Shown one piece after another: positions 1 to 5,244 of a stretch of DNA of 29,592 nucleotides. Source of the DNA: Bacteroidales bacterium (lineage in GTDB: Bacteria > Bacteroidota > Bacteroidia > Bacteroidales > SMBSF39). The stretch is from the NCBI GenBank assembly GCA_021107685.1, contig JAIOSH010000130.1:1-29592 (forward strand). Reading direction: 5' to 3'. Below the pieces are notes generated by a model. It did not search any database and was not told where the DNA came from. It worked only from the letters and a program-made list of their open reading frames with translations. A program made the position numbers and the translations under genes. Position 1 is the stretch's first letter. Each line of letters starts with the position of its first letter.

Positions 1-136
1 CGCATATTTTTTAGCAATTCCATTAAACATGGATGAAAATGGAGTCTTTTACTCTATTATAATTGCAGAGACATTTATGACATTGAGTGCTATTTTTATA
101 TTTAAAAAAGGCAAGTGGAAATATAAGCGGATTTAA
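1..136 (+). CDS. 3' end of a MATE-family efflux transporter (partial, runs off the left edge)
   Basis: Not in the ORF track. Frame starting at base 2 reads AYFLAIPLNMDENGVFYSIIIAETFMTLSAIFIFKKGKWKYKRI* (TAA 134-136). Two hydrophobic stretches ending in F-x-x-GKWK resemble the C-terminus of Bacteroidota MATE proteins as I recall them. Confidence 0.7.
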   Translation, partial: AYFLAIPLNMDENGVFYSIIIAETFMTLSAIFIFKKGKWKYKRI

Positions 137-189
137 AAATGAGTCTGGTCTAAACAATAATTGAGTCCAGTCTGAAAACAAAAAAAACC

Positions 190-325
190 CGTCATTGCGA
201 GGAACTGCAGGGTTGGCTTGTGTGCTGGAGTTCCGTGGCAATCCCTTTGATAGCATGGACTACGTAAATAAGAAACAGATTGCCACGCTCTATCACACAG
301 GCCTACCCTTATGCTCGCAATGACG
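190..325. repeat. 136-bp imperfect palindromic (REP/MITE-like) element
   Basis: Perfect outer IR CGTCATTGCGAG (190-201)/CTCGCAATGACG (314-325). Perfect inner IR CGTGGCAATC (234-243)/GATTGCCACG (278-287). The middle arms 209-230 and 288-309 match 18/22 as reverse complements. Confidence 0.85.
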
Positions 326-377
326 AAGTAAGCCTTTTAGGACTGAACTCATAATTTTTATAAAAAAATTTTCAATT

Positions 378-393
378 ATGAACAAATGTTCAT
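378..393. promoter_or_regulatory. Perfect 7-2-7 palindromic operator ATGAACA-AA-TGTTCAT
   Basis: The inverted repeat directly abuts the -7 promoter box at 394-401 upstream of the DUF134 gene. Confidence 0.6.
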
Positions 394-401
394 TATCTTT
401 G
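394..401 (+). promoter_or_regulatory. Bacteroidota primary-sigma -7 box (TATCTTTG)
   Basis: Exact TAnnTTTG match 20 nt before ATG 422. No clear -33 TTG seen. Confidence 0.65.
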
Positions 402-421
402 CCGAAAATTATTTTAGAACA

Positions 422-1027
422 ATGTCGCCACGACCCAAGAGATTCAGAAGAATGTATCAGCCACCGACTATTAAGGGCTTTCGTCCGTTTGGTAATCCGG
501 CTGTATTGAAAGATTCTGTAAAATTGCTGTTTGAAGAATATGAAGCAATTAAGTTGGCAGATTATGATTTTTTATCACATGAACAAGCTGCTGAAAAAAT
601 GAATGTATCCCGTCCGACTTTTTCGAGAATATATGATAAAGCAAGGAAAAAAATCGCACAGGCTTTTATTGAAACACGTTCAATAATAATTGAAGGCGGC
701 AATGTTCAGTTTGATGAAGAATGGTTTAGGTGTATAAGCTGCGAAAGCACTTTTAAGATACCTAAAAAAGGAATATCAGTTACAGAATGTCCGGTTTGTA
801 AATCAAAAGAAATAATTCATATTAATACTACAATAAAGAGAGAAACGGAAGTGGTAAATCCGCTGAAACAAAATAAACAAAGAATGGGTGATACAGGATT
901 CTGTATATGTCCTGTTTGTGAAATAAAAATAACACATCAGGCAGGAATGCCATGCAGACGTGTAATTTGCCCTGATTGTGGTATTAATATGATAAGGGAA
1001 GTTTCTAATAAAAAAAGAAATAATTGA
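422..1027 (+). CDS. DUF134 (UPF0251/COG1342) predicted DNA-binding protein with an extended Cys-rich C-terminus
   Basis: MSPRPKRFRR...EEYEAIKLADY...AAEKMNVSRPTFSRIYDKARKKIAQA...IEGG is the DUF134 HTH signature. It is followed by CISC/CPVC and CICPVC-H-PC-CPDC. Start moved from 386 to ATG 422 because 386 lies inside the operator/promoter. Confidence 0.9.
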   Translation: MSPRPKRFRRMYQPPTIKGFRPFGNPAVLKDSVKLLFEEYEAIKLADYDFLSHEQAAEKMNVSRPTFSRIYDKARKKIAQAFIETRSIIIEGGNVQFDEEWFRCISCESTFKIPKKGISVTECPVCKSKEIIHINTTIKRETEVVNPLKQNKQRMGDTGFCICPVCEIKITHQAGMPCRRVICPDCGINMIREVSNKKRNN

Positions 1028-1054
1028 CATATTTATTAACATAAAAATTAAAAA

Positions 1055-1363
1055 ATGAAAATTGCAGTAACATCATTAGGAAATACATCTGATTCGAAAA
1101 TGGATCCAAGATTTGGCAGATGTGCTTTTTTTGCTATTTATGATACAGTAGCAAATACATATAATTTTATTGATAATCCCGGAAAGAACGCTGGTCATGG
1201 AGCAGGTCCCCAGGCTGCGGAACTAATTGCAAATAATGGAGTAAAAAAAGTAGTTTCAGGTGAATTTGGTCCTAAAGCTAAAAATGCTCTTGAAAGTTTG
1301 GAAATAGAAATGATCATTGAAAAGAATAAAGAAAAAACTATTAAAGAAATTAATATAACATGA
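1055..1363 (+). CDS. NifB/NifX-family (COG1433) protein, orange-protein (ORP)-like
   Basis: MKIAVT...DPRFGRC..F...GHGAGPQAA...VVSGEFGPKA matches the MTH1175/ORP-type motif pattern. Confidence 0.88.
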   Translation: MKIAVTSLGNTSDSKMDPRFGRCAFFAIYDTVANTYNFIDNPGKNAGHGAGPQAAELIANNGVKKVVSGEFGPKAKNALESLEIEMIIEKNKEKTIKEINIT

Positions 1364-1695
1364 AAAAAATAGCCATACCAACAGAAAATAATTCAATATG
1401 TGCTCATTTTGGGCATTGTAAAGAATTTTCAATTTTTGAAACAGAAGACGGACAAATAGTTTCAAATGAATTAGCCGTTCCCCCTCCGCATGAACCAGGT
1501 GTATTACCGGGATGGCTTGCTGAAAAAGGAGTAACAGATATTATTGCCGGTGGAATGGGGCAAAGAGCAATTAATTTGTTTCTTGATAATAAAATTAATG
1601 TTTATGTTGGTGTTACTGTTAAGGCCCCTAAAGAATTAGTTTTAGATTTACTTAATGGTAATTTACAGGCAGGTGTGAATTTATGTGATCATTAA
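1360..1695 (+). CDS. Second NifB/NifX-family (COG1433) protein
   Basis: KIAIP...AHFGHC...PPPHEPGVLPGWL...IIAGGMGQRA...GVNLCDH. ATGA overlap with the previous gene suggests translational coupling. Confidence 0.88.
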   Translation: MKKIAIPTENNSICAHFGHCKEFSIFETEDGQIVSNELAVPPPHEPGVLPGWLAEKGVTDIIAGGMGQRAINLFLDNKINVYVGVTVKAPKELVLDLLNGNLQAGVNLCDH

Positions 1696-1703
1696 TTATA
1701 AGC

Positions 1704-1774
1704 AAGTCTGAAGTAAGAAGTTTGAAGTAAAACATCTTCCGTCTTCCGACTTCGGTCTTCTAACTTCCGACTTT
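1704..1774. repeat. Two head-to-head arrays of degenerate 7-bp repeats
   Basis: AAGTCTG AAGTAAG AAGTTTG AAGTAAA (1704-1731), then CATCTTC CGTCTTC CGACTTC GGTCTTC TAACTTC CGACTTT (1733-1774). The second array is the reverse complement of a GAAG/AAGT-type unit. Confidence 0.75.
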
Positions 1775-1809
1775 TACAAATCAATAGTTTACCCGAAATA
1801 TTTAATTAA

Positions 1810-2679
1810 ATGAATTATAAAATTGCAGTTGCAAGCGGAAAAGGCGGCACAGGAAAAACAACTGTAGCTGTTAATTTATTTTATACTGTTCGGGATATAT
1901 TCAAAGAAAAGATTCAGTTAATTGATTGTGATGTTGAAGAACCTAATGTCAATATTTTTACAAAAGGTACTTTATGTCAGGAAAAGAGTGTTAGTATAAA
2001 AATACCTGTAATTAATAAAGAAACATGTAAATATTGTGGTACTTGTGCGGATTATTGTGCATATAATGCTTTGCTTTTTGTAAAAACCATACCTCATATT
2101 GCTGTATTAGAAGATCTTTGCCATGGCTGTGGAGCATGTTTATATGCCTGTAATGTAAATAATGTAATTACTGAAAAAGAAAAAGTCCTTGGTAAAATAT
2201 CTGAATTTCAAGTAAATGATATTTCAAAGCTTATTGAGGGTCGGATAGATGTAGGTGTAGCTATTGTATTGCCTGTGATTAAAGCTGCAAAAAATGAAGC
2301 TGATAAAAATGGTATTGTAATATATGATGCTCCCCCAGGCACTTCTTGCCCTGTTTTGGAAACTATTTATGACTCTGATTATGTTGTTCTTGTTACCGAA
2401 CCAACTCCTTTTGGTGTGAATGATTTAAGAATAATGGTTGAAACTGTAAAAAAAATCGGAACAAAAATGGGAGTAGTAATCAACCGTGCAGGCTTAGGTT
2501 CAAATGAGGTTTACGAATATTTGGCAAAAGAAAAAATAGAAATATTAATGGAAATACCCTATGATAAGCAAATTGCTGAAATATATTCAAAAGGAGATAT
2601 CATTATAAATAAATTACCTTGGGTAAAAGACAAACATATTGAATTATTTAATAAAATAATATCATGTGTTGAGCAATAA
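1810..2679 (+). CDS. MinD-superfamily P-loop ATPase with an inserted 2x[4Fe-4S] ferredoxin domain (COG1149)
   Basis: Deviant Walker A GKGGTGKT, DCDVEEPN, CKYCGTCADYC and CHGCGACLYAC, DAPPGTSCP, VTEPTPFG. Confidence 0.92.
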   Translation: MNYKIAVASGKGGTGKTTVAVNLFYTVRDIFKEKIQLIDCDVEEPNVNIFTKGTLCQEKSVSIKIPVINKETCKYCGTCADYCAYNALLFVKTIPHIAVLEDLCHGCGACLYACNVNNVITEKEKVLGKISEFQVNDISKLIEGRIDVGVAIVLPVIKAAKNEADKNGIVIYDAPPGTSCPVLETIYDSDYVVLVTEPTPFGVNDLRIMVETVKKIGTKMGVVINRAGLGSNEVYEYLAKEKIEILMEIPYDKQIAEIYSKGDIIINKLPWVKDKHIELFNKIISCVEQ

Positions 2680-2707
2680 ATTCAATCATCATCAGTAACA
2701 CAAAAAA

Positions 2708-3583
2708 ATGAAGCAAATAACTATTATCAGCGGTAAAGGAGGTACCGGAAAGACAAGCTTAACATCAGCATTTGCATCAATTGCAAAAAACAGCATTATT
2801 GCTGATTGTGATGTTGATGCTGCTGATATGTTCATCATATTAAAACCTGAAATAATTAAAGAAGAAAAATATTTGGGAGGTAAAATAGCAGTTATTGATT
2901 ATGATAATTGCACTAATTGCGGAATTTGTAAAGAATATTGCCGTTTTGAAGCAATTGAAAATAAAAATGATAAAATTGTAATTTCTGATTTTGCTTGTGA
3001 CGGATGTGAATTATGTATGCGGATTTGTCCTGAAAATGCTATTTCTATGAAACAATCCGATGACAACCGTTGGTTTGTTTCAAATACACGTTTTGGAAAG
3101 ATGGTTCATGCACGTTTGGGAATAGCAGAAGACCTGTCAGGAAAATTAGTTGCTGTTGTCAGGGAAGAAGCTAAAAAAATTGCAAAGGAGCAGAATAATG
3201 ATCATATAATTATTGATGGACCTCCCGGTATTGGATGTCCTGTTATTGCTTCAATAACAGGTATTGATATTGCTGTTATTGTTACAGAACCAACTCAATC
3301 GGGTTTGCATGACTTGATAAGAGTTGTTAATCTAATTGATAATTTTAAAGTAAAGCCGTTTATTATTATTAATAAATCTGATATAAATAATAACATGACA
3401 AAGCAAATTGAAAGTTATTGTAATGATAATGACCTGGAAGTCATTGCAAATATACCATTTGACAGAATTTTTATTGATGCTATGGTTAACCGGCAGACAG
3501 TTATAGAATTTGCTCCTGAATCCGATATAAGTAAAACTATTAGCTCTGTTTGGAGTAAAATAAGTTCATATAATAATTATTAA
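2708..3583 (+). CDS. Second COG1149 ferredoxin-inserted P-loop ATPase
   Basis: GKGGTGKT, DCDVDA, CTNCGICKEYC and CDGCELCMRICP, SGKLV, DGPPGIGCP, VTEPT. Confidence 0.92.
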   Translation: MKQITIISGKGGTGKTSLTSAFASIAKNSIIADCDVDAADMFIILKPEIIKEEKYLGGKIAVIDYDNCTNCGICKEYCRFEAIENKNDKIVISDFACDGCELCMRICPENAISMKQSDDNRWFVSNTRFGKMVHARLGIAEDLSGKLVAVVREEAKKIAKEQNNDHIIIDGPPGIGCPVIASITGIDIAVIVTEPTQSGLHDLIRVVNLIDNFKVKPFIIINKSDINNNMTKQIESYCNDNDLEVIANIPFDRIFIDAMVNRQTVIEFAPESDISKTISSVWSKISSYNNY

Positions 3584-3621
3584 ACTTATAGCGTTTAATA
3601 TTTAAAGCCAAAAACAAATTT

Positions 3622-4881
3622 ATGAAACGTTTATTACTAATAAATATATTCCTTTTACTGTTTGTTCTTACAAAGGCTGCATATATCCTGATACCAATGG
3701 ATGATACTCAGAAAAACCATTTGAAAGCTTATGGTATTACTTATTGGACACTTGAACATAATATAGAAGTAAGTTGGTTGCTTAATTATCGTGGAGGCAG
3801 CTTTATGTTCAAATATCATAAATTACTTGAAAATGAATGTGTAATAAGGGGAGTTTCATATAAAATAATAGCTGATGTGCAATCAACAGCAATTTTACAG
3901 GAAATAGCCCAGCCTGAAGTAAATATGGATGAGGTTAAATTGCATAAAGCTCCTAAGATTGCGGTTTATTCACCTAAAAACAAACAACCATGGGATGATG
4001 CAGTTACTTTAGTATTGACTTATGCTGAAATACCGTATGATGTTGTTTATGATGAAGAAGTCCTTGATGGTGTTTTGCCTTTGTATGACTGGTTGCATTT
4101 ACATCATGAAGATTTTACAGGTCAATATGGAAAGTTCTGGGCACATTATAAGAATGTTGCCTGGTATATTGAAAATCAAAAAGCTGCTGAAGAAACTGCT
4201 TATAACTTAGGATTCAGCAAGGTATCTCAATGCAAATTAGCTGTTGTAAAGAAAATACGAGATTTTACAGCAGGTGGTGGATATTTATTTGCCATGTGTT
4301 CTGCAACAGATAGTTATGATGTTGCTCTTGCTGCCGAAGGCATAGATATTTGTGATGTTATGTTTGACGGCGACCCTTCTGATCCCATTGCCCAGTCAAA
4401 ATTAGATTATAGTAAATGTTTTGCATTTAAAGATTTTATCCTTAGTAAAAGTCCTTATGAATATGAAATTTCATCCATAGATGTTGTTCCAACTCACCGT
4501 AAAGTCAATATAAATAATGATCTTTTTACATTATTTGATTTTTCGGCAAAATGGGACCCTGTACCAACTATGCTCTGCCAGGACCACGAAACTGTAATTA
4601 GAGGATTTATGGGACAAACCACAGCATTTAATAAAAAATATCTAAAATCAAATGTTTTGATAATGGGTGAAAATAAAGCAATAAATGAAGCAAGATATAT
4701 TCATGGTGAATATGGCAGAGGAACATGGACTTTTTACAGTGGACACGACCCTGAAGATTACAAGCACTATGTTGGCGATCCTCCTACCGATCTTAATCTT
4801 TATCCAAACTCACCGGGTTACAGGCTGATACTTAATAATGTATTATTTCCTGCTGCTAAAAAGAAAAAACAAAAAATTTAA
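3622..4881 (+). CDS. Conserved Bacteroidota exported protein with class I glutamine-amidotransferase-like motifs
   Basis: Signal-peptide-like N-terminus (MKRLLLINIFLLLFVLTKA). Family motifs ILIPMD..Q.NHLKAYG, LLNYRGGSF and WLHLHHEDFTGQYGKF. GGGYLFAMCSA resembles a nucleophile elbow, and GHDPE occurs near the C-terminus. As I recall, this family is often auto-labelled asparagine synthetase B, but no AsnB motifs are visible. Confidence 0.75.
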   Translation: MKRLLLINIFLLLFVLTKAAYILIPMDDTQKNHLKAYGITYWTLEHNIEVSWLLNYRGGSFMFKYHKLLENECVIRGVSYKIIADVQSTAILQEIAQPEVNMDEVKLHKAPKIAVYSPKNKQPWDDAVTLVLTYAEIPYDVVYDEEVLDGVLPLYDWLHLHHEDFTGQYGKFWAHYKNVAWYIENQKAAEETAYNLGFSKVSQCKLAVVKKIRDFTAGGGYLFAMCSATDSYDVALAAEGIDICDVMFDGDPSDPIAQSKLDYSKCFAFKDFILSKSPYEYEISSIDVVPTHRKVNINNDLFTLFDFSAKWDPVPTMLCQDHETVIRGFMGQTTAFNKKYLKSNVLIMGENKAINEARYIHGEYGRGTWTFYSGHDPEDYKHYVGDPPTDLNLYPNSPGYRLILNNVLFPAAKKKKQKI

Positions 4882-4884
4882 TTA

Positions 4885-5007
4885 GTGTTTGCAAGAAAAT
4901 GCCAATAACTTCGTTACGCTCATCTTAAAATTCAGTCATTTACTTTAGTAAACTCCTGATTTTTAAGATTTCGCAAGCCTTGTTCTTGACGTTTTCTTAT
5001 CAAACAC
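4885..5007. mobile_element. 123-bp MITE-like non-autonomous element
   Basis: Ends GTGTTTG.../...CAAACAC extend as imperfect ~22-bp TIRs (GTGTTTG-C-AAGAAAA-TGCCAA vs reverse complement GTGTTTG-AT-AAGAAAA-CGTCAA). TTA direct repeats flank it at 4882-4884 and 5008-5010. Internal stem 4922-4935/4956-4969 (13/14) encloses TTTACT/AGTAAA. Confidence 0.65.
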
Positions 5008-5025
5008 TTAGTTTTTGTGCAAAGA

Positions 5026-5154
5026 CTAATTAGTAAATATCATCTTATTGATAGTCATAACTTTCCCTTTAATAATAAATGCGCAAAAATAAATACCTGA
5101 TTCCTGGTATGTACCTTTATTATCTTTTCCATCCCATTCAATTGAAGACTGATT
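5026..5154 (-). pseudogene. Orphan 3' gene fragment encoding the tail of a FlgD-Ig/T9SS-type C-terminal domain
   Basis: Minus strand reads NQSSIEWDGKDNKGTYQESGIYFCAFIIKGKVMTINKMIFTN* (TAG 5026-5028). WDG.D..G....SGIYF......KM is the typical end of FlgD-Ig/T9SS sorting domains. An in-frame TAG lies just upstream (5155-5157) and no start codon precedes the motif. Confidence 0.7.
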
Positions 5155-5184
5155 CTATAAAATTAAAGTAAAAAAGAAAAACAC

Positions 5185-5222
5185 AAAAAAAAGCTGATCT
5201 TTTAAAGACCAGCTTTTTTTTA
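5185..5222. terminator. Bidirectional intrinsic terminator
   Basis: A8-GCTGATCT-TTTAA-AGACCAGC-T-tract, one mismatch in the stem. It lies 22 nt past the stop of the C25 protease gene. Confidence 0.8.
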
Positions 5223-5244
5223 ACTAAAAATAATTATTTATCTG

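Noticed and set aside
23-256. 77-aa minus-strand ORF
   Set aside because: It overlaps the MATE 3' end on the opposite strand and the palindromic element, with no recognisable motifs.
378-393. LexA (GAAC-N4-GTTC) SOS box
   Set aside because: The core matches but the Firmicute CGAAC/GTTCG flanks are absent, the host looks Bacteroidota, and the downstream genes are not repair genes. Not fully excluded.
1055-1695. Nitrogen-fixation genes (NifB/NifX label)
   Set aside because: No nifHDK/ENB in the window. Standalone COG1433 proteins next to COG1149 ATPases occur in non-diazotrophs.
1704-1774. CRISPR array
   Set aside because: The units are 7 bp with no spacers, and there are no cas genes.
1810-3583. 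MinD/ParA cell-division or CobQ/CbiA cobalamin genes
   Set aside because: Both proteins have inserted 2x[4Fe-4S] motifs diagnostic of COG1149, and there is no minC/minE or cob context.
3622-4881. Asparagine synthetase B (asnB)
   Set aside because: It has a signal peptide, no N-terminal Cys Ntn domain and no SGGLDS-type ATP-binding motif.
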